A DNA stretch of 60,331 nucleotides, counting the filler, from Dugesia japonica (Eukaryota): the NCBI GenBank assembly GCA_001938525.1. It is 5 parts of 5 records of this genome, joined end to end, with 100 filler letters (N's around TTAATTAATTAA, not from the genome) between each part and the next. Parts side by side here need not be neighbours in the genome. Positions count along the whole stretch, not along the records: positions 8,509 to 29,793 come from MQRL01515399.1; positions 29,894 to 39,693 come from MQRL01594934.1; 3 more parts are not named here. One strand, given 5' to 3'. This document shows positions 24,780 through 36,200 of this stretch, piece after piece; position 1 is the stretch's first letter, and the number at the start of each line of letters is the position of its first letter. The translations under genes and the position numbers were made by a program. The notes beneath the pieces are model-generated. The model saw only the letters and a list, made by a program, of their open reading frames with translations, searched no databases and was not told the DNA's origin.

Positions 24780-26010
24780 CCTAGATGGGTTAATTTCTTA
24801 TGTGATTAGATCTAGGGGGGTCAAACTTTATATGAAATAAGTCTAGGGTATTTGACCTGGTAAAACCCCGCGATGAATTTTAATCTGGTGTCCTCCCAAA
24901 AATCCAGATCTTCGGAATGAAGCTGTTGACTCGTAGCTCGAGTACAGACTCGCATTCCTTTAGTTCGGGTTCGTTTACATGATACTCGCTTAATTTTCTA
25001 ATCAAAATTAGCTTTTACAATTATTCGTTAATAATTTTCCGTTAACCTATAATTGAGTATAATCTTAATAGCTATTTAACAATTCCGAAAAACAAAAGAA
25101 TTTGTAAGTGAAAAATATATTATGATTTAAANNNNNNNNNNNNNNNNNNNNNNNNNNNNNNNNNNNNNNNNNNNNNNNNNNATTTAATAGTTAACATAAT
25201 TAACAAAACTAACGTAACCTGGATCCCGATCTGGAGCAAGCACAACATTTGGTTTATGGATTTTTCAGTTGAAATTAACGATTTGAGGAGTCCACCATTA
25301 CTGTTTCTTCTTGAGTCGGAAATCGTTACACCATGAATTCATGAAAAATAATNNNNNNNNNNNNNNNNNNNNNNNNNNNNNNNNNNNNNATATTTGTCTG
25401 GTTAAAAAAAATGTTATTTTTTGTGAAATTTTCATCGGTATTTATACCGGTTTTTTCTACACCCCCATTTATTTTATTAATGAATATAAATTTTCGACAC
25501 TTTTATTGGCCAGATGGTTACATGCTTTCTTTAAATTTACATTTCTTTTCTTGATTTTGCCAAATGAATTGATGGTTAATCATCACAGCTTCTATTACTT
25601 TTTCTTCTTTGGTTTACTTATTTCGGAATTGTTTCTTGCTGTGATTTCGGTTATTTCGTTGGTTTTGATTACCAATCTTGATTTTCCTTTTCATTATTTN
25701 NNNNNNNNNNNNNNNNNNNNNNNNNNNNNNNNNNNNNNNNNNNNNNNNNNNNNNNNNNNNNNNNNNNNNNNNNNNNNNNNNNNNNNNNNNNNNNNNNNNN
25801 NNNNNNNNNNNNNNNNNNNNNNNNNNNNCTTCGCACGAGTTTTAGCCTTCTAGTCCCATTTTGGCTTTCGTCATTCTTTTCTCCAACTAGATTATGCCCT
25901 TCATGGGTCTGATTTCTTCATTTTTCTTTCTTATGTGTATTTTTCGAATTTTGTGCTTACTTACGCCATTCTATTTGCCTTAATCCGGTGTTTTATCCGA
26001 ACAAAATTTT
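24780..26010 (-). mobile_element. Diverged inverted copy of the interior of the 2664-5016 element
   Basis: ttaatctggtgtcc..ccagatc..gttgactc..agactcgcattcc is the reverse complement of ~4678-4755; tggagcaagcaca is the reverse complement of ~3933-3945. Confidence 0.7.
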
Positions 26011-27310
26011 AAATAATAAGTTTTTAATTAATAAATTTTAACTTAATAATAAATTAATTTTCGTTTAGGTATATTAAATTAATTATTATTGTATAGAAAT
26101 GATTTATTTATTTTTGTTTAATTGAGTTAAATAAATAAAATGGTAGATGACCTTGAAAAATCTATAATTCCTCATCTTTTTATAATTCAATTACAAAGTA
26201 AGTGACTATTTATTCGTTAATTTATTTTAATGATTCTTTTATTTTATATATAAACAAAATGAATTCAAAGAAAAATATTTCAACAAACATGACGAGAAGC
26301 NTTAACATGGTAAGTTTAATTAATTAGTTTATTGTTATTGATTTATATTTTAGACTGAAAAACTAAATGATGAGTCTAAGAAATTTTTTGACAATATGAC
26401 AAACGAATTTATGAATAGAGATTAGATTTATTAAGATTAAATTTTAGGTTAATGACTTTCTTTAATAATTTTAAGTTAATGATTTTATTTTAATTTGATT
26501 ATAATTTCATTTCAATTTTATTGTAATGATTTTATTTACATTGCTAAGTTAACTATCATAATTTTTATTGTAATGATTAAAACTTTACATAATATTATTA
26601 AATTTTAACTTAAAAATAATGTTTACTTAATTTAATGATTGTAATTGTACTCAGTGATTTACTGAGTGATTTACTGAATTTATTAACTAATTTACAATTT
26701 AGATCCAGATTTAAACAACTGTTCATAATGACTGTGATTATCTGTTTTATCAACAATAAATTTTATGTTTTGATTAGTTTTCCATTTGTCTTTTATACAT
26801 TAATAATAACATTGTCTGAGAAGCACCTCATCTTAATATTGCCCGGAGGAAATTCACTTCAAAATTTGAAAATTTAAACAAAATAAGTTTTCCCATCGAT
26901 TTTCTATGAAAAATCTATAAAAATCATTAAATCACGTGATTTAAATAAAAATCTGAAAAATCAGTAAATTTAAACCAATCATAAAAATAAATTAATTTAA
27001 ACAAAACTAAATCATTATTCTCACTTAATTTAAANNNNNNNNNNNNNNNNNNNNNNNNNNNNNNNNNNNNNNNNNNNNNNNNNNNNNNNNNNNNNNNNNN
27101 NNNNNNNNNNNNNNNNNNNNNNNNNNNNNNNNNNNNNNNNNNNNNNNNNNNNNNNNNNNNNNNGGCCACTTGACCTTAAAATTTCGGCTAATCAAAAACG
27201 CCAAAACTCGAAGCTAGTAAAATATTTTCTACTTCAAGGGGGTGTTCCAGTGTGCCATTATCTATCTACTTATAAATAATAAAAAATTTAAAATATAAAA
27301 GCTCATTCAG

Positions 27311-27505
27311 TATAAAAGCTTTGATCAAAATTTTAGTTTTTTATTGATAAAAGTCAATTCCTGACGAAGACAAGGTCGAAATATCGAATTATTTTCCAAA
27401 ATCAATAAAAAACCAAAATTTTGATCAAAGCTTTTATATTAAATTAATTCTATAAAACGATCAATGGTTAGGTCCAACAATTATTCTCGCAATAATTGCA
27501 ATTGT
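27311..27505 (+). mobile_element. Penelope-like terminal repeat with a 5' inverted segment
   Basis: 27311-27348 is the reverse complement of 27401-27438 and flanks a hammerhead core; family tail tcaatggttaggtccaacaattattctcgcaataattgcaatt. Confidence 0.75.
27356..27390 (+). ncRNA. Minimal type I hammerhead ribozyme motif
   Basis: AATTC-CTGACGA-A-GAC(AAG)GTC-GAA-ATAT-C-GAATT: stem I AATTC/GAATT, stem II GAC/GTC, palindromic stem III, AUC cleavage triplet. Confidence 0.8.
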
Positions 27506-27925
27506 AAAATTAGTATTATTTCAGTTATAATTTTATATCAATTTCACTAATTTTTAATTGTTAAGCGATTGATTAATTAAATAATTATTGCTTTTTAATT
27601 AATTCAATAATTCATTTGAATTCTTCAATAATAATGAATTTCAAAATTAAGTGATTACAAATTATATAAATGAAAATTACAAAGCTTACAATTGTATCAA
27701 AATCTTTTGGATTTATTTTAAATATATAACTTGCATAATCTTCTCTTTTATCTAAATACGGTACCTCTTCAAATGCATGTACTAATTCACATCTTAGACT
27801 AGTTCTTTTAGGTATACTCCCTGGTTTGAACCGTATTATACACGCTAGCTTTTTTTCAAATGTGTTTGGTGGTTCTATATAATAACTTAATCAAAAATAT
27901 GATAAATTCAGACAAAAGAAACCAA

Positions 27926-29695
27926 CTAATATTTTTTCCAACATTTTGCATTACTTGTTTCTTCGCTTAAAGATATTTCTAAGGACTTTTCTGAAAACTC
28001 ATTATTATCCGAATTTGTTGAATTATCTTTATTTATTTTTTCAGAATAAATAATAGAGGGCGGATTTTCTTGTGACTGTATTATAGATTGAATATTGTGT
28101 ACAGATTCAAAATCAGTATTAATTTTATTTTCTGATGAGGTTGGATTTAAAAATAATAAATTATCTTCTATTAAATTTTCATGAGANTGTTTGAGATCTT
28201 GGTCATTATCAACATATTTCTTGCTAGTGGAGTTTGTTAGATCTTGGTTTGAACTAGTTGACTTTTTATTATCTGTCCTTTCTAAGATTTCTTTTATTTC
28301 TGTTATTGTTGGTAGCTCTTTATTAGCTACATTTGAAATTTCTTGCTCTACATTTTCTGATTCTTTTAAATTTAAAAATTCTTCTTTAGGATCTCTTTTC
28401 TCATACTTTTCAATATCATTATTTTCTACTAAATCATTTACATCTTGCAGACTAGCATCTTTCATTTCTTCAATTTTATTTAAACTAAAATTCTCATTTG
28501 ATTCGTTATTTATTATTTCATTATTACTAACAGTATTATCGATATTTTTATTTATTTCAATTGGTATATTTTTATTTTCCACTCCATTAAGTGTTTGAAC
28601 ATGTTTATCGACTATAATATCATAACTAATTAATTTACTTTCTTTCAAAAGTTTTCTATAGTCATAAAAAATTTTATTTCTACGAATAATTTGACTTTTA
28701 TTTGTAGTAAATTTTGAGCTGTTTACATCGTTAATAATTGATAAATATTTATCAAGTCTGTAATTTGTATTCGGTACATAAGGGGTTGTTTTATTATTTT
28801 CAAATTTTGCTTTCAAAAATTCATTATTATTTTCATTAAAATTGTTCATTTTCATAAAATTATTTTCTTCATTTGCAATTTTGTTTAATTTTTTGACTTG
28901 TTTATCACAAAATCGGTTTTTGTATTCATCATTTGAATAGCGTGCATTAGAATATAAATGATTTTCTTTTGAAAACAGATTACCATACTTCATATGCATT
29001 TGAAAATAATGCTGGATTTTAAAATTATCATATTTTAAGTTATTTATCTTCTGTTTAGGATAATTTTTATTTTTTCCAAAAGATTTTATTTCTAAATATC
29101 TCAAAGTTTTATATTTAGATTCACTGTTATATTTATGCAGATAAAATTTCGAATTTATTTTTTTGTCTAAACCATTAGACAATTTATATTTTGANNNNNN
29201 NNNNNNNNNNNNNNNNNNNNNNNNNNNNNNNNNNNNNNNTGAATTTTGGTCAATATTATTAGATTTTTCAATGACGCTGTCTAAAGTTATTTTGTGATAT
29301 TCATTGTTATTCGATTGATGTTTTAAAATATCTTTTGAATAAAAAGGAAATTTAGATTTATGTTTCTTTATATTTGAAATATTTAATTTGTTATGATTAT
29401 CGCTGTTTTCGTTTAATTTTAATCCGTTAAATTTTATTATACTTCGTGTTTGACTTTTTGACTTTCTTTTTTGTTCATCAAAATTTTTAGTATGATTAAT
29501 GACTTGTAAAACTAAAATAATTTTATAAAAATATTTTTTTCGAGAAACTTGACAAATATTGACTTTCCAAATTTTATTATTATACATTTTTTCCTTTAAA
29601 TATGTGTTATATGCTTGTATGCTTTTTATTGATAAGTGCATCAATTTACGATTGCGCCTATTTTTAGAATTAAATGACTTTGTTTTCATACTCAA
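27926..29695 (-). CDS. Large Asn/Lys-rich exon of an unknown host gene (further exon at ~27720-27880)
   Basis: 589-codon open frame spanning one N gap in very AT-rich DNA; no recognisable domain. Confidence 0.55.
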   Translation of the reverse strand: MSMKTKSFNSKNRRNRKLMHLSIKSIQAYNTYLKEKMYNNKIWKVNICQVSRKKYFYKIILVLQVINHTKNFDEQKRKSKSQTRSIIKFNGLKLNENSDNHNKLNISNIKKHKSKFPFYSKDILKHQSNNNEYHKITLDSVIEKSNNIDQNSXXXXXXXXXXXXXXXSKYKLSNGLDKKINSKFYLHKYNSESKYKTLRYLEIKSFGKNKNYPKQKINNLKYDNFKIQHYFQMHMKYGNLFSKENHLYSNARYSNDEYKNRFCDKQVKKLNKIANEENNFMKMNNFNENNNEFLKAKFENNKTTPYVPNTNYRLDKYLSIINDVNSSKFTTNKSQIIRRNKIFYDYRKLLKESKLISYDIIVDKHVQTLNGVENKNIPIEINKNIDNTVSNNEIINNESNENFSLNKIEEMKDASLQDVNDLVENNDIEKYEKRDPKEEFLNLKESENVEQEISNVANKELPTITEIKEILERTDNKKSTSSNQDLTNSTSKKYVDNDQDLKXSHENLIEDNLLFLNPTSSENKINTDFESVHNIQSIIQSQENPPSIIYSEKINKDNSTNSDNNEFSEKSLEISLSEETSNAKCWKKY

Positions 29696-29793
29696 AACCT
29701 TGAATTCGTCTGAAATAAATAAAATAAAAGCAATAAAATTATTTTACAGATTTTAAAAATCAAAACATAAAATTATTTATCATTGCAAAAAAA

Positions 29794-29893
29794 NNNNNNN
29801 NNNNNNNNNNNNNNNNNNNNNNNNNNNNNNNNNNNNNTTAATTAATTAANNNNNNNNNNNNNNNNNNNNNNNNNNNNNNNNNNNNNNNNNNNN
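29794..29893. other. Artificial contig spacer
   Basis: 44N-TTAATTAATTAA-44N. Confidence 0.95.
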
Positions 29894-29894
29894 A

Positions 29895-31065
29895 ATAGAG
29901 GAAGCCAGACTAATAATTGAGGACCCAGATATTTATTTATACCACATGAGCAAAGGACGAGAGGAAGTCAAGCAAACCACAGTAGTACAAAACATAATGC
30001 ACTACCGTAACGGATTTGGAGCACCAGAAAATTTCATACGACGAAGGATGTATTACGGTACAATGAAAGTTTTCGACGAAAAATACCGCGACGAAAATAC
30101 AAGAAAGAAATCGTTATCTGAATTACCTAAACATCTATACGGACTTATTGAGGCTATAGCCAAATCTCGATTTTACTACGTTGGTACCCAAAAACGACCA
30201 GATAAAGAAAAATGTATATATTGTCAAAGCATCCTACACAAATGGGCAGGAACGAGCAACCCAATAAAGCGCATAAGAAATGGTTTCCTACCTGCCCTTT
30301 CCTGTTAAATGTAAATGTAAATAACAAAACCCAGCTAATTAAAGGGAGAAAACCCAAAACTGAGAAAACAACGATGGAGCCAAAGAAGTTATATTGTAGA
30401 ATCATAAAGAATCTAGCAAAAGTAGCATTACCAGATGATCTTGAGTGGAACGTCGAAGAAAGAGAGAAAACTTTCCAGGAAGTACCAGACCTGAAAGAAA
30501 GGCGATGGACGGATTATACTTCGTTCCACAAACCAATGATAAAGTTGTTAAATGCACTACCTGCAAACGAGAAACACTGATATTGATAGGAGTAGGGAAA
30601 TTACCAAGGAACGTATTCCATCTACCTACATGTTCAAGATTAAATCAAAGTAACGTGGAAGAACCACTAACAACCACGTGTAGAGTCGAATGAAACATGT
30701 CTCTTTACAGAATAGAATTGGCGATAGAACTACAGACAGACAGGCTGAACAATACATTAAAGCAAAAGAGAGGAAATATCAACCAACTGATAAAACAAAT
30801 GGTCACTGAAAAAGGGACAGAATTAATCACACCTTACGAATTAAATCAACAATTATTCCAAGAAAAAGAACAAGAAACACAATACGAGCAAGAATGGGTA
30901 TTGATAGATAACGACTGTGTCATATATTTAGAGGAAACAAGTGAAGTGGTATTTCTTCCATGTGGACATGTTAAAACATGTTATAAGTGCGCTGTAAATC
31001 TAAATGAATGCCCTATGTGCCGAAAGGTAATTGAACGTAGGGTATTGGGAATAAAATTTCAATAA
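29895..31065 (+). pseudogene. Intronless inhibitor of apoptosis (BIR-BIR-RING) remnant, open at the 5' block edge
   Basis: BIR1 IAKSRFYYVG..DKEKCIYC..LHKW..(fs)AHKKWFPTCPFL; BIR2 AMDGLYF..DKVVKCTTC..HLPTC; RING VVFLPCGHVKTCYKCAVNLNECPMCR. Confidence 0.88.
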
Positions 31066-31162
31066 TAAATAAATTTAAATATGTAAATAATGTATGATTA
31101 TATATACTTATAATTGTCAAAATAATATTATAATAAAATAATCACTCTCTCTGATTTTAGAA

Positions 31163-31854
31163 ATGAATAACGAAAATCTGATAAATCATCTCCACAACGA
31201 AATTTAAATTTTGCAAATACAAACTCAAACCCTCACTACTGTACCTGAAGTCCTAAAATGGAAACTTGAGTCCAAAATAGATGCCCTGTCCAACTTGCAA
31301 TTGCAAAAGTATAATAGTGAGTTGGAAAGTCAGGTAGAGAAAGCATACCAAGAATTGGAATTTAAAAAACGGTCGTGCAAAACCCATCAAAAAATATCAA
31401 AAGTAATTTTGACGCAAATAGAGAAAAAATTAACGCAGTAAAACAGGCTCGCATGTGGAAAAGTAAATATGAAGAAGTTGAACCCAAAAGAAAAGAAATT
31501 GAGAACCAATTAACCATCGAACAAGAGAATACTCAGATACTTAGAATAGAACTATTCAACACACAACTCGAAAAGAATCACCTTGCTACCAAAAATCAAC
31601 TCCTAACCAGTTTGGCTAATAGGGAAGGCGTACGTGCTGGCATCGATAAACTGTCTCTTGAGTTTGAGACTATAATACAGGAATGCCAACAGAAAAACGA
31701 ATTTCTTAAACAATATATTGAAGCATTCGAACAAGAAATCATCGAGCTGCGAAATCTCTACCACGAAAAAGAGGAAGAGTTTAACAAAAAACAACAACAT
31801 TTAGTCGAGCAGTTTTCAACAATCAAGGAGCTACAACAGTTTAAAATTCAATAA
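31163..31854 (+). pseudogene. Long coiled-coil protein remnant
   Basis: Glu/Gln/Lys heptad-rich ORFs 31211 and 31375; apparently cut at ~31840. Confidence 0.5.
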
Positions 31855-32205
31855 ATATGTACTGATAATGTGCTGGTAAAATGGAATTACAGATCCTATT
31901 CCAGTTATTATAGGAAGACCTATTACACTAATACCAAGACCAAGTGGTGTTACAAAAATTATTCCTGCAATGGCAGTACCAGTTCCAATTATAATTTGTG
32001 TTAATTTTATTCCTTCATCTGCGGAGTTCCATTGACTGTAAATTTTTCTATAGTGTTTTATTTTAACATTTATAAAATACAAATCATTTTCAAAATATTT
32101 TATTCTTAGAGATGATAATTTATTTTTTAGATCTTCTAGTGTATAGGTATTTATTTTCTCACGGTAATTTTTTAAATCTGGATACAAACAACTTTCTTCT
32201 GCCAT
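31831..32205 (-). CDS. Viral membrane protein with Gly-rich hydrophobic segments (3' end probably truncated)
   Basis: LYPDL N-terminus; IIIGTGTAIAGIIFVTPLGLGISVIGLPIITGIG. Confidence 0.6.
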   Translation of the reverse strand: MAEESCLYPDLKNYREKINTYTLEDLKNKLSSLRIKYFENDLYFINVKIKHYRKIYSQWNSADEGIKLTQIIIGTGTAIAGIIFVTPLGLGISVIGLPIITGIGSVIPFYQHIISTYLLNFKLL

Positions 32206-32900
32206 TTTATATAGGGGAAATTTTATAATTCATTATATATATTTTTTGTTACATCTTTAGGACAACCACTAACCATAATAAGGTTATTAATATAAATATT
32301 CGCCGGTAAAATTAAATAAAAATCAGTTATTCTTATACTTAACATTTGATTCTTTACCCATTCAGGTCTTTTTTTGAAATCTCTTCCATATCGCTTAAAT
32401 TACTTCTACCTGATTTAAGAGTTAGGGTGTTTATTTCTAATTTATATTTTCCCATTTTCTTTCAAAAGTAAAATCTAAAACATCATCAGAACCAGAATAA
32501 TTAATAATAATACTAATTTTATGTATTTTCGTATATCCAGAAACAAAAATACATATTGGAGCAAGATTTGATATAGCGTAAAAATAAAGGTTTAAAGGAC
32601 TTGAAAGAAAAAAAATAGTTTTTTTCCATTAGGATATTCTCAACACCCATTTATTATTACTTTTTCTAAGCTTCCATAAAATTCTTTTTCGCAATAATAT
32701 GGAAATTTGTTTTTATCTTTAAGTAAAAAAACATTTTAAAAAATATATATTCTTCTAAATCAACATCCATTCATGGTAAATAATTATCAACTAATTCTTT
32801 AAATTTTTCTAATGCCGCTGGAGATCTAGTTGCTTTAAATATTTCTAAATTTCTATTAATTTTTTTTAGATATTTTGGGTTAAGAAGATTTTTTATCTTT

Positions 32901-33312
32901 TCATATTTCTCTACCCAAGGAAACAGAATCAAATTGTCTTTTAAAAAGTATAATTGGTTTTTTTAAAAGTTCAATTTCTGTTTTTAAATATTCAATTTCT
33001 TGTTTTGGTTTAGAATCTTTTATTTTAGAATTAATTTGTTTTGATTTAACAACATCAACTTCTTGTTCTAGTTTCTTATAATCCTGAAAATTAAATGTAA
33101 CAATTTTTTGTTTTATTTTATTGAGATATTTAAAATTTACTGCATCAAGTTCGTGTTCAGGATCATTAATAGTTTTTAGAGTTTTAATAGTGTCACTAGA
33201 CTCATTTACAAAGTTACTTTCATTACTTACATTAGTTAATTTTAATTTTCCAAAAACATGTTTCATGATTTCTGTATTCTTCTTCCCTCGTGAGCTCTCC
33301 AAATTTGTTCAT
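32901..33312 (-). pseudogene. Fiber-like protein remnant
   Basis: MNKFG start (frameshifted); INDPEHELDAVNFKYL resembles the DP..DAVNK.Y fiber/stalk motif. Confidence 0.5.
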
Positions 33313-33319
33313 TTATTTC

Positions 33320-33670
33320 AGAAATAATATCATAACTATATAAAAAATAAATACATAGTACTCTACATATTTTTGTTTCAAAAGGTTGAACCTAAATTTT
33401 ATTAAAAACTTCTACATATTCTTCAAGAGCCTCATGAAATGGGTTTAATCCAAAAGAGTCAAAATAATGTTTATTTTTTAATGCTACCCAATGAGTTCCT
33501 TTTTGATTTGTATTTTGATAATTAAAAATATAATTCATTTCGTTTTCAAAGTGAGAAGGTAACTCATTTTTCATGTAAATTTCCAATGGTATTTTTAAAA
33601 AGTCCGCAATTGAATATAAATCAAAATTTGTCGTTGTATTTAATCCAAACGTTTTCAAGAAACTCAGCAT
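33320..33670 (-). pseudogene. Adenain-like (adenovirus-type) cysteine maturation protease
   Basis: IFNYQNTNQKGTHWVA...YFDSFG then, after a stop, VQPFETKIC. Confidence 0.9.
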
Positions 33671-34290
33671 TTTCTTAAATGAATTAATAAAAAAATTGTT
33701 TCACCATTCAAATCAATAATGTTAAAACTTTCATCAACAACTTCAAATCTCAAAACGTCAATGTAATTAGAACTTATTCTCGAATAAAATCCAAAGTCTA
33801 CAGTATTTACTGGAAATGAATATAATAAATTAACTGGTTGGTTATTTATATAATTTCCCTTGATAACATTACAGGTAATGTTGATCATGTTTATACTACA
33901 GATATCAACTTTGTTATCAGAATATTATGTTGCAGGTGGATACTCTTTTGGTTTGAAACCGAGAATTTTAAAAAAGAAAGATTTATCATCAAATTTGAAT
34001 GTATGCTTTATTTCAAGTGAGCATTTACCGGTTGAATGGTTTGGAGTCATGATTATTCCCAAATCTTTTAATTTATTAGAAATTTCTTTAATCTCATAAG
34101 CACCAGGTTCAATCTCTTCTTTTTTTCAATTAGAAATAAAATGAATATTTTCCTTTTTTATATTAAAAATAATATTATAACAAGAAAAGCAAGATAATCC
34201 CATTTCATATTCTCCATTCAGCATTAATGGATGTTTTAAATTAACTTCCAATTGTGATTCTTGAGCTACAACTAAAAACTGATGAGACAT
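33664..34290 (-). pseudogene. Minor capsid protein (penton)
   Basis: HPLMLNGEYEMGL..YN..FNI; PGAYEI; INITCNVIKGNYINNQPVNLLYSF; VVDESFNIIDLNGETIFLLIHLRK. Confidence 0.85.
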
Positions 34291-35058
34291 TTATTTAAAG
34301 TATTTATTTTTGTAAATTTTATATTTTTCATTTGAAATTAATTTCATGGCTCTTAGTTTTCCACAGAATGATTTTATTTCACTGCTGGTATTTTCATGAC
34401 CAGCTTTTTTAGCTGAAATTAAAACTGTTAATTTTTCAAATAAATCTATTGAATTAATTCCTGATTCTTGTGACGAGGGCGCTGCGTCTGGCGTTAATTT
34501 CTTTTTCAACATTTTATAATAATTACTAACGTGAGAATGTGGAATGTATAAATCAAACAAATATGTATTAATATCTTCTTTTTTTACATCATCACTTTCT
34601 TTTACATTTCCCAAAATTAAATTCACTACTACATCTGAAAATGGAATAAGTTTATCTGGAATTTTAAAAAATATGGTTTTTCATTTTCTTCAACTAAATA
34701 TATTTTTTTTATTTTTATTGCTATATAAATTTTTTCCCTAATAGTTTCATAATCAAATTGTGGGATTATTGTTGCAGTTAAATTAATAGAATCAGGTTTC
34801 ATTTCTATACCTACGGGAGTAAATGACTTTTTATTTTCAAAAAGAATACTTAGTTGTGGTTGTGTTTAAGTATCCATTTCCATGGTTGGATTTATTAATT
34901 GTTTTTTTTGTAATTGCTGTTATCATTGGTTGTTATTGAAAATCATAGTTGGCTTGTAGGGTTTCCGATTTCATAATTTTACCAGAGAAAAAATCATTAT
35001 ATTTTTCTTGAGCTTTAATTATTTCTTTTAATTCCTTAATTCTTGATACTAGAGACAT
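34291..35058 (-). pseudogene. Conserved Polinton-type protein of unknown function
   Basis: C-terminal LFEKLTVLISAKKAGHENTSSEI..L...LI motif; frameshifts upstream. Confidence 0.6.
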
Positions 35059-35059
35059 T

Positions 35060-35434
35060 TTGAAAAGGTTTTAAATATAACCCGCTGCCTTTTTTGTAAT
35101 TCTTTTGGTGCTTTTAAATTTTGATTTTTTAAATATTTATAAATCGTTGAACCTTGTTGTTCGGTTAGTTTATCTATTTCAATTTGATTTTTAATTGCCT
35201 CTCGGGAACTTGCAACGGTGGATGCGATTCCACTGGCTACGCCGGCAGCGCTCGCAAGACCAGCAAGTATTCCCGGTATGGCAGCAAGAAAAACAAAACC
35301 CCCCTTTTTTGTTGTTTTTTAATTTCTTCTTTTGCTCTTTTATCTATCCAATAATTTTTCCCATCAATTTTTATAGATTTACTATGACTTGAATTTATTA
35401 ATTTATTTAAGTCCTCTTCTGTTATTGTGGTCAT
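35060..35434 (-). pseudogene. Virion core / amphipathic protein
   Basis: After a frameshift: GGFVFLAAIPGILAGLASAAGVASGIASTVASSRE; GG is a candidate adenain cleavage site. Confidence 0.6.
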
Positions 35435-35438
35435 TTTA

Positions 35439-36194
35439 TTAAGCAAATAAATCGGTTGTCATTTCATTTGTTGTTTGGTTTAAATAAAAATATGTATAGT
35501 GTTTTTTCCAATGAGGTGCTAGTTCATAATCATACTTGGATTTTTTTTCAAATATACTAGAAAATAAATCATGAAAAACATTATCACGATCTGTTTTGTT
35601 TAATTGAAAAAATATAAAACAATTGCTGTTATTTCTTATCGAATTTTTATCAAGATGTAAATATGTTTGTGAAATATAAATTACATTACAGTTTGAATGA
35701 AGACCTCGAGTGAAATAACTTTTTTGAATATCTTGATTTCTTTCATTAATCACATCATCAAAAACTACATGATTCTTTTTATTCTTTTTTAATCTATCAC
35801 AGGGAATAATCTCACTTACTTTATTACTTAGAATTATTTCTATTATCTGTGGTCTTTTTGTTACGAATTTCTTTTGAATGAAAACATTTATAACCTCTCT
35901 TGGAGTAGTACATGAATTTGGAACAATCGCTTGCTTATTAAGCATTAACATTATTTCATGTTTTGATAAACCATTTAAAAATTTATGATACATTAATTGT
36001 ACTTCAAATTGATTAATTGTAGTCGAGTAAAAAATAAGAGTGTCGTAATCAAGAAAACTAGGTTGAAGCAACATCTGAGTCAAGAGAATATATTTTCCAC
36101 AACCGGAGGAACCAATAATTAACAATCGAAAATTATTAGGTAAAATTTTATTATTAAAAATTGTCTTGTCTTTCTTCCAAACCAAATTACTCAT
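35439..36194 (-). CDS. A32/FtsK-like DNA packaging ATPase
   Basis: Walker A RLLIIGSSGCGKY, Walker B VVFDD, FTRGLHSNCNVIYISQ, IRNNSN; two canonical residues appear substituted. Confidence 0.92.
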   Translation of the reverse strand: MSNLVWKKDKTIFNNKILPNNFRLLIIGSSGCGKYILLTQMLLQPSFLDYDTLIFYSTTINQFEVQLMYHKFLNGLSKHEIMLMLNKQAIVPNSCTTPREVINVFIQKKFVTKRPQIIEIILSNKVSEIIPCDRLKKNKKNHVVFDDVINERNQDIQKSYFTRGLHSNCNVIYISQTYLHLDKNSIRNNSNCFIFFQLNKTDRDNVFHDLFSSIFEKKSKYDYELAPHWKKHYTYFYLNQTTNEMTTDLFA

Positions 36195-36200
36195 CCTTTT

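Noticed and set aside
28191-28598. Antisense ORFs (28191, 33121, 38764, 39134, 45812, 55597, 7476, 18635 and others)
   Set aside because: Shadow frames opposite better-supported genes.
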